Translations under genes and position numbers: made by a program
Notes under the pieces: generated by a model
Databases searched by the model: none
Seen by the model: only the letters and a program-made list of their open reading frames with translations
What the model was told of the DNA's origin: nothing
Assembly: GCA_040752415.1 (NCBI GenBank)
Contig: JBFMGU010000112.1
Span: 1-33,595, forward strand
Origin: Myxococcota bacterium
GTDB taxonomy: Bacteria; Myxococcota; JACRCW01
DNA: 33,595 nucleotides
Direction of reading: 5' to 3'
Shown here: piece after piece, positions 1 to 9,331 of the stretch
How the letters are laid out: each line of letters begins with the position of its first letter
Position numbering within the stretch: the stretch's first letter is position 1

Positions 1-375
1 CGAGGCACGCTTGGGCTCAACTCGCCGGTGACGACGACGCTTCTTCAACTCCAGCCGGGACAGCCGGATACGCCAGATTTTGTCGATGCTGTCCAAAGCG
101 GCTCGCCGCCCTGGCCAGCGCCGAGCGGGTGGCACCCTCGTCAGCGGTCGACGGTCGCGGAGACGTCGACGTCCCGTCGCGACGAGGTCGAGCACCGTTC
201 CTCACGTTGAGTACGCACTCGTCGCTGACCAGGGCGGCGAGGGCCCGCCGCACTCCAGGTCGCGGTCCGCTCACGTCGTCAGCAAGCCCGACGGGCGTCT
301 TGTTCTGGCGCATCCCCCCTGGGTGTTCGCCGGCCTCGTCGACACGGCAACCTGTTCCGACCAAACCACTGACGC

Positions 376-1716
376 TCAGCTGTCCGAGAGCGCCGTGGCA
401 ATGCTCATTTTCACGACGTGGCGCGCCGCGGCCATGGCCGCCAGCATGGCCACCAGAGCCAGGAACGTGAAGCCCATGACGTACGTGGGGACGGAGTAGC
501 CCACGCGCAATGGGATCGACTCCGCCAGGAGCCCGCCGCGGTAGGTGATCTGCGTGGAGTTGATGAGCGCCGTCAGGCCCACCGCGCTGACCAGGCCAAG
601 CACGCCGGCGTGCAGGGAGAGCAGCACCGACTCCACGGCGAACATCGCCAGCACGTGACCACGGCGGTAGCCCAGGCTGCGCAGCGTTCCCACTTCCCGC
701 GTGCGCTCGCGGACCGTCTTCATCATCGTGGTGAGCACCGCCACGCCGGCAATCACCATGATCACCACGAACATCAGGCTGCGAATCACCGCCAAGAGGT
801 CCATCCCCCGACGGAGCTCCTCCGCGGTCTCCGAGTCCTTCCAGTCCATGATCTCCAGCTTCAGTCCGGCCTTCTCCGCGTCCCGGCTCAGCTCCGCGCG
901 CAGGTTCTCCTCCTGGGAGGGGTCGAGGAGCAGGAGCATGTAGCTGCCAACTCCCTTCGTCTCGCCGAGCTGGCGTGCGAAGTCGAGCGGGACCCAGATG
1001 AGGCGCTCGTCGTATTCCCGCACGTTGGCGCGCGTCAGGCCCACCACCTCGGCGTCCATGGCGTTCATGCGACCGCTGGCACTGGTGGTGTTGAGCTGGA
1101 GCGTGGTCTGTCGACACTTCATGGGCCGCTCCACCGCGGTGGGCGCGCCGGTCTTCTCGTCGAGGGGCACGTCCCCACCGTTCTCCGGGTCGCAGCCCAG
1201 CACCGCGCCCAGGGCCATGCCCAGCACCGCGCCGTTGGTTTCGTCGTCGTTGATGGGCCGGCCGGCCCAGGTGTTCCAGGCCCAGTGACGTCGGGCAATG
1301 CGACCCTCCTTCACGTCATGGCCCAGCGCCACGAAGTTGGCCGCGCCCCGACCCGTGCTCGCCATCCCGTGCACCGCCAGGCTGCGCACGCGCGTCTTCA
1401 CCTGCGCGGAGTGCGCGGCGATCCAGTGCTCCAGGAAGGCCTGCTCCTTCTCGTCGAGAAGGTAGGGCTCGGGAGTGATGCGGGCTTCACGACTTCCGGC
1501 GCCGGGCCGGCGCACCATGATCTCGCCAATCATGTTGCGTGCGTAGATGAGCTCCACCTGCGTGCTCATGAACTCACCCAGGTAGCCCTGGAAGAGCGCG
1601 AGGGCCACGAAGCCCACCGCCATGGTGCCCAGCGCGGCCAGGCTGTGACGCCAGTTGCGTCGCACGTTGCGCCACGCCACGCGGAAGATCAGTGAAGGAG
1701 GTGCGCCGCCAGCCAT
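376..1716 (-). CDS. ABC transporter permease, LolC/E / MacB-FtsX type
   Basis: N-terminal 'VAWRNVRRNWRHSLAALGTMAVGFVAL' helix, large periplasmic domain, C-terminal FtsX-like 'ERTREVGTLRSLGYRR' plus three TM helices; last gene of an ATPase-permease-permease run. Confidence 0.9.
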   Translation of the reverse strand: MAGGAPPSLIFRVAWRNVRRNWRHSLAALGTMAVGFVALALFQGYLGEFMSTQVELIYARNMIGEIMVRRPGAGSREARITPEPYLLDEKEQAFLEHWIAAHSAQVKTRVRSLAVHGMASTGRGAANFVALGHDVKEGRIARRHWAWNTWAGRPINDDETNGAVLGMALGAVLGCDPENGGDVPLDEKTGAPTAVERPMKCRQTTLQLNTTSASGRMNAMDAEVVGLTRANVREYDERLIWVPLDFARQLGETKGVGSYMLLLLDPSQEENLRAELSRDAEKAGLKLEIMDWKDSETAEELRRGMDLLAVIRSLMFVVIMVIAGVAVLTTMMKTVRERTREVGTLRSLGYRRGHVLAMFAVESVLLSLHAGVLGLVSAVGLTALINSTQITYRGGLLAESIPLRVGYSVPTYVMGFTFLALVAMLAAMAAARHVVKMSIATALSDS

Positions 1717-1728
1717 GCCGTCCCCTCG

Positions 1729-3090
1729 TCACCCGCTCTGGGCGGTGAGCAGCTCCACGACGTTGCGTCGCACCTGCGCGCGCGCCACCAGCCACGCCGC
1801 CACGCACACACTGGGAAGGATGAGCACCGCCTGCACCGCGCAGGTGAGCGGTGAGGGCTTGATGAGCAGCGCAATGGTCCCCGGGACGCCCGGCGGCGAG
1901 AAGCGGATGTCCGCCGCGTTGATCATCGCCGCGGCCATCAGGCCAATCACCACGCCCGCAACGACGCCGAGCACCGCGAGCAGGAACGCCTCCTGCACCA
2001 CCAGCGACGTCAACACCCCGCGCCCGAAACCCAACGCGCGCCACGTGCCGATCTCGCGGGTGCGCTCCAGGATGGACAACGTGAGCGCACCAATCACGGT
2101 GAGGATCAGGACCAGCGAGACCAGCAGCGTGATGATGCCGATCATGGAGCCAATGAACGCCATGGTGCCCACGTAGTACGGATTCCAGCGTTCCTCGTCG
2201 TAGGTGAGGGCTTCCACCTGCAGGCCGGCGGCGGCCATGGCGGCGGTGAGCTCGGCGGCCACATTGGCGGCGTCGGCGGGGTCCTTGAGGAAAAGGGCCA
2301 CGTAGGTGACGCGGTCGGTGGCAAAGAGCGTCTGCAACGTCGACACGGAAGTGTAGAGCGTTCCGTTCTCCCCGTGGGCCTCCGCGTAATGGAACGTGGC
2401 GGTCATCTCCGTGTCCACGGCGTTGAACATGCCGTCATAGGTCATGCTCATCACCTGCACGTTGGCGTCCTGCGCCAGCTGCTCGGCTTCCTTTTCGGTG
2501 TCGCAGTCCAGGATGGTGGCGGCGGGTGGGAGGCCCTGCACCTCGTCGTAGACGCGACGCTTCCGCAGCATCTCCGCCAGCCCCACGGAGACCGCGGACG
2601 CGTGCTGCACCTTGGGATACGCATCCATCCAGCGGCCCTTCACCGGCGTGGCCAGCTCGGAAGACCAGCCCTGCACCTCGGGATGACGCACAATGCGCCC
2701 CAGCACCTCGGGCTCGACGCCGAACAGGCGCGTGGGCTGCGTGGTGCATCCATTGCCCGCCAGTCCCATGCCGCGCAGGTAGCGCGCGGTGAATTCCACG
2801 CGGGGATCGGCGCCTGCCCACGCCAGGATGCGCTGCTGGGCCGCGGCGTCCAGCTGGTAGCGCTCCGGTTCCGCGCCCGCGCGGTCCAGGCCGCCTTTCA
2901 TCCACACCGCCACGTGACCCGCGTGCTGGAGGTACACCGCGTTGGTGCGCAGGAACCGGTCCACGCGCGCCGCGTAGCCACCCAGCACCACCAGACCCGC
3001 GTAGCCAAACGCAATGGCCGCCACGGTGGCCGCGTTCCGTCGACGGTTGCGCTGCAGGTTGCGGAGGGCCACGGCCCAGGAGCGCTGCAT
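1729..3090 (-). CDS. ABC transporter permease, LolC/E / MacB-FtsX type
   Basis: 'ALRNLQRNRRRNAATVAAIAFG' N-terminus; 'ERTREIGTWRALGFGR' FtsX motif; four-TM architecture. Confidence 0.9.
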   Translation of the reverse strand: MQRSWAVALRNLQRNRRRNAATVAAIAFGYAGLVVLGGYAARVDRFLRTNAVYLQHAGHVAVWMKGGLDRAGAEPERYQLDAAAQQRILAWAGADPRVEFTARYLRGMGLAGNGCTTQPTRLFGVEPEVLGRIVRHPEVQGWSSELATPVKGRWMDAYPKVQHASAVSVGLAEMLRKRRVYDEVQGLPPAATILDCDTEKEAEQLAQDANVQVMSMTYDGMFNAVDTEMTATFHYAEAHGENGTLYTSVSTLQTLFATDRVTYVALFLKDPADAANVAAELTAAMAAAGLQVEALTYDEERWNPYYVGTMAFIGSMIGIITLLVSLVLILTVIGALTLSILERTREIGTWRALGFGRGVLTSLVVQEAFLLAVLGVVAGVVIGLMAAAMINAADIRFSPPGVPGTIALLIKPSPLTCAVQAVLILPSVCVAAWLVARAQVRRNVVELLTAQSG

Positions 3091-3103
3091 CGTCGTGGGC
3101 TCC

Positions 3104-3787
3104 TCAGGCGGTGACGGTGACGCCGTCGCGGATGCGCACCACGCGCGCCACGCGGCCCATCAGTTTCTCGTCGTGGGTGGAGAACAGGAAGGTGACCTTG
3201 CGCTTGTGGTTGAGGTCCACCAGCAGGTCCACCAGGCGCGCGGTGGTCTCGGAGTCCAGGTTCGCGGTGGGCTCGTCGGCGAGCACGAGGAGCGGCTGGG
3301 TCACCAGGGCGCGCGCAATGGCCACCCGTTGGCGTTGCCCGCCGCTGAGCTTGTCGGGCCAGTGGCGGACAAAGGACTCCAGTCCCACGTCGGAGATGGC
3401 CTGCTCCACGCGCTTGCGACGCTCCGCCGCGGAAAGCTCCTCGTGCAAGAGCAGCGGCAGCTCCACGTTCTCGAACACGTTGAGCACCGGCACCAGGTTG
3501 AACGACTGGAAGATGAACCCGATGCGACGGTTCCGCAGCTTGCTCCGCTCCGCGTCGTCGAGGTGGGCCACGTCATGACCGTCCAGGACAATGCGACCCT
3601 GGTCCGGCTCGTCGAGACAGCCCACCAGGTTGAGCAGCGTGGACTTGCCGGAGCCGGACGCGCCCACCAGCGCCGTGAACTCGCCGCGGTGCAGCTCCAG
3701 GCTGATGCCGCGCAGCGCGTGCACCCGGGTCTCACCGAGCTGATAGGTCTTGTGGACCTGCTCCACCTGCACAAAGGCATCGCTCAT
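3104..3787 (-). CDS. ABC transporter ATP-binding protein (LolD/MacB-like)
   Basis: Walker A GASGSGKST, Q-loop FIFQSFNL, signature LSGGQRQRVAIARAL, Walker B VLADEPTANLD, H-loop STHD. Start placed at ATG 3787 (MSDAFVQVEQVHKTY). Confidence 0.95.
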   Translation of the reverse strand: MSDAFVQVEQVHKTYQLGETRVHALRGISLELHRGEFTALVGASGSGKSTLLNLVGCLDEPDQGRIVLDGHDVAHLDDAERSKLRNRRIGFIFQSFNLVPVLNVFENVELPLLLHEELSAAERRKRVEQAISDVGLESFVRHWPDKLSGGQRQRVAIARALVTQPLLVLADEPTANLDSETTARLVDLLVDLNHKRKVTFLFSTHDEKLMGRVARVVRIRDGVTVTA

Positions 3788-3818
3788 TGGTCCCCACTCT
3801 GGCTGAAGGCGGGAGCGG

Positions 3819-5849
3819 TCAGCAACACGACGTTCCACCTCGTCGGCGACTCAGCCCGCACAACAGTGCAGCGAGGAGCATGAAGATGCTGGCGCTCCCG
3901 CCTGCGCCATGACAGCCGCACCCACCCCGTGGCGCCGACCCGTCCGGGTTGGACTTCCCCGCGTCCGACGACGCGCCCGAGGTTGAGGCGCCCCCGAACG
4001 ACGACGAGGAGGCGCCGCCAGCGCTGGACGCGCCGCTGGATGACGACGAGGAAGAACTGGCGCTGCCGCTCGTCGACGTGCTCGATGTGCCGGAGGACGA
4101 CGAGGAACCGGGTCCTCCGTCGGGTGCGGGCAGGGGCACGCAGAGCTGGGAGGTGCAGGCGTGGTTGGGAGGGCAGTCCGCGTCGTGCACGCAGCCGCAC
4201 GGTCCGCCGTCACACGCGGCCAGCGCGTAGGTGGCCTCCACCTGTTCCATGAGATGCCCGAAATGGGGTGCCGCCACGTCCTCGAGGGGTGCCCCGTGCC
4301 CGTCGGTGGTCCAGTTCTTGGCGTCCACCAGCGCGCGCCAGGACCGACGGTAGATGAGCCGCGCCCGCACCTTCACCATGCCCGCGGTGGCGGGAACGCG
4401 GAACGCATGGTGCGTGGTGTCCGACGCCAGCGGGCCAATCCGGTTGTCGAACACCACGCCGGTGGCCTCCGTGTAGAAGACCGGGCTGCTCATGTCCGCG
4501 GCGTGGTTGACCTTGGCGTACAGCTTTCCCGGGAGCCCGGCGTAGTAGCCCAGCGCGGGAGAGCCCACGCCGCCCAGCTCGTGCACCTGCTGCGTTCCCA
4601 CCGACGTCAGCGGCACCTCCGCCCCATCCCACGCCTCCACAAGCAGGATCATGTTGCGGATGGTGACGCCGGTGGGAACGTGGTGGCCGGTCTGGTCATT
4701 GAGCACCGTGACGTCCGCGCGCAGCTCGCCGTCTTCGAGCCGCGCTTCCATGGTGAGGGTCACGGCGTTCTCCAGGAACTGCGGGGTGGTTCCGGGGAAG
4801 CGGTGGCTGCGCACGTCGCCGGCGGGACGGGGGAAGGCGGTGAAGAGCACGTGACAGGCCTGCGAGGCGTAGGTGGGCTCCATGTGGCAGTCCACGCAGG
4901 TGGCGTACTGCGGCGCGCTCGGGTCCGCGTAGGGTGAGGCCAGCCACTCCTGGTAGGTGGGCTCCGACACCACCCCGTTGTCCTCTTCGAAGTCGCCGTC
5001 CCCGTCGGGGTCGTTCTTGTCCTGGTGGCATGCCGCGCACACCGCCGCCTTGAGCTGCGGGTTGTATGCCGGACGCATCTGCCCGGGTGCGGAGTAGTTC
5101 ACGTCGCCAAGCGTGCCGTACTGGACCTGCCAGTTCCCCGCCGGACGGGTCAGGCGCACCACGCCGGGATAGATGCCGGGATAGTTGGTCTTCGTCTCGT
5201 CGATGTCGGCGATCTTGTGGCACACGTCGCAGGAGACGCCGTCCTGCATGGCGGGCGTGGGGCTGGACAGGTCACCCAGCGCGGTGAACGGCTCCTGCAC
5301 CCACGCCGCGGGCTGGTGGCACGCGCGACACTCGCTGGCGACGTGCGTGTCCTTCATGAACGAGTCGCGCGTGTACACAAAGCCGCCCATGCCTCCGTCG
5401 GTGCCGGTGCCGTTGTAGGTGTCATAGACCCAGGAGTTGGTGCCCGCGTGGGCCATGGCCGAGTGGTTCCACTCCGCCACCTGCTGCGAATGGCACTGTC
5501 CGCAGTAGGTGGGACCCTTGAGCTCGTAGGTTGCGCTGTCGTCGAGCGGGATGGCCTCGAGGAGGATCTCTACGTCGGAGGACGGCGCCTGCACGCTCAC
5601 CGACCCCGTGAAGTAGCTCTTCACCGCGCCGGAGATGACCTTCAACCCGGTCACCTCAGGGAGCGAGAACGCGCCCGTGTCGTCGGTGTGGGTTTCCACG
5701 TGGGTGGCGTGCACGCTGACCTTCGCGCCTGGGAGCGGCGTCCCGGTCTGCGCGTCTTTCACCACGCCGCTGATCTGCGCGCGTGCCGTGGTGGAGAAGG
5801 ACAGCGCAAGCGTACCGCACAGCAAGGTGAGACCGACGAATCTCCGCAT
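3819..5849 (-). CDS. Secreted multiheme (5 CxxCH) c-type cytochrome with N-terminal carboxypeptidase-regulatory-like domain and MYXO-CTERM-like anchor
   Basis: Signal peptide (…TTARAQ); 'ISGVVKDAQTGTPLPGAKVSV…TDDTGAFSL' beta-sandwich; CGQCH, CRACH, CDVCH, CAACH, CVDCH; Ser/Gly linker; C-terminus 'GGCGCHGAGGSASIFMLLAALLCGLSRRR'. Confidence 0.85.
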   Translation of the reverse strand: MRRFVGLTLLCGTLALSFSTTARAQISGVVKDAQTGTPLPGAKVSVHATHVETHTDDTGAFSLPEVTGLKVISGAVKSYFTGSVSVQAPSSDVEILLEAIPLDDSATYELKGPTYCGQCHSQQVAEWNHSAMAHAGTNSWVYDTYNGTGTDGGMGGFVYTRDSFMKDTHVASECRACHQPAAWVQEPFTALGDLSSPTPAMQDGVSCDVCHKIADIDETKTNYPGIYPGVVRLTRPAGNWQVQYGTLGDVNYSAPGQMRPAYNPQLKAAVCAACHQDKNDPDGDGDFEEDNGVVSEPTYQEWLASPYADPSAPQYATCVDCHMEPTYASQACHVLFTAFPRPAGDVRSHRFPGTTPQFLENAVTLTMEARLEDGELRADVTVLNDQTGHHVPTGVTIRNMILLVEAWDGAEVPLTSVGTQQVHELGGVGSPALGYYAGLPGKLYAKVNHAADMSSPVFYTEATGVVFDNRIGPLASDTTHHAFRVPATAGMVKVRARLIYRRSWRALVDAKNWTTDGHGAPLEDVAAPHFGHLMEQVEATYALAACDGGPCGCVHDADCPPNHACTSQLCVPLPAPDGGPGSSSSSGTSSTSTSGSASSSSSSSSGASSAGGASSSSFGGASTSGASSDAGKSNPDGSAPRGGCGCHGAGGSASIFMLLAALLCGLSRRRGGTSCC

Positions 5850-5969
5850 CGTGTGCGCGTGGCTGCAGGCTCCGTGCCCCCAGCATCCTCGACGACAACC
5901 CCGCCAAGTGGCGCCTGGATGCGCGAAGCATTTGCGCGCCGGGCCGAGAAGTTCGCGCGGGGCGGCACC

Positions 5970-7208
5970 TCACGCGTTCAGCTTGGTGGATGCGCCGTGC
6001 AGCAGTTCGTCGGGGCTGGGCCGCGGTACCGACTGCGGCGCGGTGCTCCGGGCTCCCATCTCCAGGAGGGCCCGCGCGATGTCGCGGCTGGCGTCGGGGC
6101 GGCTCACCACCAACGCGTTCCTGGTGGCGTGCGCGCGCGCGGATTCCGAGGACAACAGCTCACCCACCGCGTCCGCCACCTCGCGCGGCCCCCGCATGGC
6201 AATGCGACCAATCCCGTGGTCACGCACCAGGTCCACGTTGCCCTGCTCCTGGCCGGGGAGCGCGTCGGAGATGACCAGCGGCTTTCCCAGCGCCATGGCC
6301 TCGAACAGCGTGCCCGGTCCGGCCTTGGTCACCACCACGTCGGACGCGCGCATCAGCGTGCCCATGATGGTCGTGAAGCCCAGCGGATGCAGTCGTTCTC
6401 CGTCGGGGCCTTTCGCGCGCGCTTCCAGCTGCTCCTGCACCAGCGTGTTCCGACCCGCCACCGCCACCACGTGCGGCCGCTCCTCTCGACGGAGAATCTC
6501 CTCCACCATGGCCACCATGCCGTTGCTGCCCTCGCCGCCGGCGCACACCAGCACCACGGGCACGTCCTGCGGCAGACCCGCCTGCTCCCGCGCCTGGCGC
6601 ATGGCTTCCACGCCGCTACCGGGCTGGTTCACGTCGAAGAACTGCGGATGGATGGGCAGGCCCAGCAGCTTCACGCGCTCCCGCGGCGCGCCGCACGCCC
6701 ACGCGGTCCGCTGCGCAGCCTCGGTGGCAACCACAATCGCGTCCGCGCGCGGCTCGATCCACGTCGGGTGGAACGTCACCGGGTCGGTGATGACGATCAT
6801 GAACGGCAGGTGCTTGCCGGTGGTGCGGAGGATGAGCTCCCGCGCGTACTGCGTGGTCTGGTTGATGAGCGGGTGCGTGCTGCAGACCACGTCGGGTTTC
6901 CGTTGCTGCACGAACGGCAGGATCTTCCGACGGATGGACAGGATGAGCAGCGGCACCACCAGCGACCACAGCGGCGCCTTTGTCGACGTGCCGAACAGCT
7001 TGTAGAGCAGCCCCCACAGCCAAGGCGCTCGTCGGACAATGGGTCCGTGCAGGCTCACCACGCGGAACCAGAACGGCGTCATCTCCTTGATGATGTCGAC
7101 GATCTCCACCTCGACGCGCGCATCCTGTCGCCGCAATGCTTCCGCGATGGCCTGCGCGGAGGCGCGATGGCCGCCCCCGGTGTCGCTCATGAGGAGGAGC
7201 ACCTTCAT
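5970..7208 (-). CDS. MGDG-synthase/UgtP-like diacylglycerol glycosyltransferase (GT28)
   Basis: Motifs SDTGGGHRASAQA, STHP, ITDP..HPTW, GLPI, GGEG, KAGPGTLFEA, GQEQGN characteristic of MGDG synthase/UgtP. Confidence 0.88.
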   Translation of the reverse strand: MKVLLLMSDTGGGHRASAQAIAEALRRQDARVEVEIVDIIKEMTPFWFRVVSLHGPIVRRAPWLWGLLYKLFGTSTKAPLWSLVVPLLILSIRRKILPFVQQRKPDVVCSTHPLINQTTQYARELILRTTGKHLPFMIVITDPVTFHPTWIEPRADAIVVATEAAQRTAWACGAPRERVKLLGLPIHPQFFDVNQPGSGVEAMRQAREQAGLPQDVPVVLVCAGGEGSNGMVAMVEEILRREERPHVVAVAGRNTLVQEQLEARAKGPDGERLHPLGFTTIMGTLMRASDVVVTKAGPGTLFEAMALGKPLVISDALPGQEQGNVDLVRDHGIGRIAMRGPREVADAVGELLSSESARAHATRNALVVSRPDASRDIARALLEMGARSTAPQSVPRPSPDELLHGASTKLNA

Positions 7209-7260
7209 GGCGCAGGATATGCCTGTGCCGGGGGCGGTCAGGCAACCCCTGTTGGGAGCC

Positions 7261-8433
7261 TCAAGGCAGCGCGGAGGCCGTTTCGGCGCGGCGGGAGCGC
7301 GCGGCGGGCAGCAGGCGCGGAGGCAGTCCGCGTGCCGGATTCACCTCCGCCACCGCTTTCTCCACGGCGTGGAAGAGGCCGTCATTGTCCACCACGCGCA
7401 AGGCCGCGGCGCGGGTGCGCATGGCTTCCGCGTCGTGGGCAAAGGAGAGGATGTCCGGCACGGAGAGCTTCCTGGTCCCGCGACCCACGCCCAGCGCCTC
7501 CAGCCCGTGCACGTTGACGGACTGCTCATACTGTTGGCGCACCGGCTCGGCGAGCACCGGCTTCCCCAGCGCCAGCGCCTCCACGATGGTGCTGTGCCCC
7601 CCGTTGACGACGACGAACGGTGCGGCGCACAGGTCATCCAGGAATCCGTCTTCACTGAACGCGCGGAACTGCACGCGACCATCCGCGTCGCTGTCCGTCC
7701 TTCCCGCCCCGTACACCACGAACCGCAGCGACGAGCCCAGCGCTGCCTGGCGCAACGTCCCCGGCAGGTCCTGGTTGCTGGTGGAGGTCTGGTAGACCAG
7801 CACGGGTCCGTCGGTGCGCGTGCGACCCATCCGTGCCAGGACGTGCGGGCGCACGGCCACGGGGACGTAGCGCACGCGTTTCTCGTCGGAGCCGGGTCGG
7901 AGGGCGGGTTGGTAGAAGCTGCTGATGAGCGTGCGGTGCACCACCGGAGACGTCCAGAACATCACCCGACGCGCCACCACGGCCGGTCCCACGTCGTCAC
8001 TTGCGGGCGGGGGCAGGGCGCCGTGCTTGATGAGCCCCTGGTTGTCCAGCGCCACCACCTTGGTGAACGTCAGCATTCCCGCCCAGCTGGTGAGGCTCTC
8101 GAAGTCCGTGATGATGGCCACCGGACGGAGCAACAGCGCCAGGAGCGTGACGTACGCGCCGGAGAGCAGCACGTAGGGACCCTCGAGGAAGGAGCGGATC
8201 AGCGTGAGGCGCGTGTTGCAGGTGTTGTTGCGGTAGATGAGGCGACAGAACCAGACGTTGTGCACGTGCGGGAAATACTGCGAGAGGAACTGGCGGGCGC
8301 GGCCGCCGCAGAAGACGTGCACCTCGTAGCGTTCGCTCAGCGCCTCGATGACCGGGCGTGCGCGCGTGGCGTGGCCCATCCCCTCGGAGTTCACCCCAAA
8401 GAACAGGACGGGTTTGCGTTGGGATGACGCCAT
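7261..8433 (-). CDS. GT-B glycosyltransferase (MJ1255-like / GT28-related)
   Basis: 'FGVNSEGMGHATRARPVIEAL', 'IITDFES', 'VVNGGHSTIVEALALGKPVLAEPVRQQYEQSVN'. Start placed at ATG 8433. Confidence 0.85.
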   Translation of the reverse strand: MASSQRKPVLFFGVNSEGMGHATRARPVIEALSERYEVHVFCGGRARQFLSQYFPHVHNVWFCRLIYRNNTCNTRLTLIRSFLEGPYVLLSGAYVTLLALLLRPVAIITDFESLTSWAGMLTFTKVVALDNQGLIKHGALPPPASDDVGPAVVARRVMFWTSPVVHRTLISSFYQPALRPGSDEKRVRYVPVAVRPHVLARMGRTRTDGPVLVYQTSTSNQDLPGTLRQAALGSSLRFVVYGAGRTDSDADGRVQFRAFSEDGFLDDLCAAPFVVVNGGHSTIVEALALGKPVLAEPVRQQYEQSVNVHGLEALGVGRGTRKLSVPDILSFAHDAEAMRTRAAALRVVDNDGLFHAVEKAVAEVNPARGLPPRLLPAARSRRAETASALP

Positions 8434-8494
8434 GCAACCATGCTCCCTCGGGCAAGTAGGACGCGCGGCCTCGTCACGTGTCAAGGGGGAACCC

Positions 8495-9247
8495 ATGGGA
8501 GCGAAGAAGAAAACGGCACATCAGGATGTGAAGCTTCTCGCCGGGGCGCTGCAGCAGGAGTTTCCCGACGAGAAGCTGGCGCAACTTGCCGCCGGCGCGT
8601 TGCTTGCGCTCGACGCACGGGCGATGAAGGGTCTGCTTTCGGCGCACGGCAAGGCGGGGCAGCGCGTGCTGGAGGGCATGGGCCTGTTGCGCCGCGAAGG
8701 AACGGCGGTGGAGCAGTGGGAGGGCGGCCTGAAGGGCATTCTACGGCTCCTCTCGAAGATGGACGACGAGGAGACGGGGTACCTGCAACATGAGATCTCG
8801 TACACCTCGCCGGATCTCGATTACGAGACGCTGCTGCATGACATCGACGTCATCGCCGGAAGGCTGCTGCCGCTGGTTCCCGCGGCGGTGAAAGCAAGCG
8901 CCAAGGGCGACCCCACGGCGGTGGCGGTGAAGGTGGAGGACGCGATCGACGGCCTCGAGGACGACGGGATCCTCGTCCCGGAGGACTACGAGCTGGGCCC
9001 CAAGCTGACCGAGCTGGTCCTGCAATGGGAGCTGGCGCGTGCCCAGCGTGCTGGCAAGGGGGCGTGGGGGGCACTGCTGCGCGCCTCCAAGGCCGAGCTG
9101 CTGGACTTCAACACGTGCACGCGCTTGCTGAAGAGACTCTCGCGTGAGGACCGCGCGGACATTGCCCGGCGCGTCACGGAACTTGACGAGGACGATCTCG
9201 ACAGCGGGTTGATGGAGGCCGCTGGGCGGCTGACGCGAGGATCGTGA
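8495..9247 (+). CDS. Hypothetical alpha-helical cytoplasmic protein
   Basis: GC3-biased ORF (MGAKKKTAHQDVKLL…) with purine-rich RBS (AAGGGGGA) before ATG 8495; divergent from the GT genes; no family recognised. Confidence 0.75.
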   Translation: MGAKKKTAHQDVKLLAGALQQEFPDEKLAQLAAGALLALDARAMKGLLSAHGKAGQRVLEGMGLLRREGTAVEQWEGGLKGILRLLSKMDDEETGYLQHEISYTSPDLDYETLLHDIDVIAGRLLPLVPAAVKASAKGDPTAVAVKVEDAIDGLEDDGILVPEDYELGPKLTELVLQWELARAQRAGKGAWGALLRASKAELLDFNTCTRLLKRLSREDRADIARRVTELDEDDLDSGLMEAAGRLTRGS

Positions 9248-9331
9248 CGTCGTCAGCAGCGACCGGGAGAGGGAGCGGTGCGGTCGCGAGGATGGCGCGG
9301 CCCGCTTCTCCTGACTTCCTTTCGGAACCCG

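Noticed and set aside
1..375. Open frames on both strands at the window start
   Set aside because: No recognisable motif or consistent codon bias; may be intergenic or a decayed gene, and cannot be called.
3905..3930. 'CGCH' (and 'QACH' near 4850) as extra heme sites
   Set aside because: Not CxxCH; CGC belongs to the MYXO-CTERM-like signal.
3950..4125. Low-complexity gacgacgag-type repeats
   Set aside because: These encode the Ser/Gly stalk of the cytochrome and are not an independent element.
5025..7517. 830-aa plus-strand ORF (likewise 9278-11779, 21883-24291, 30153-32102 and others)
   Set aside because: Antisense shadows of well-supported genes, expected at high GC; Arg/His/Gly-rich with no motifs.
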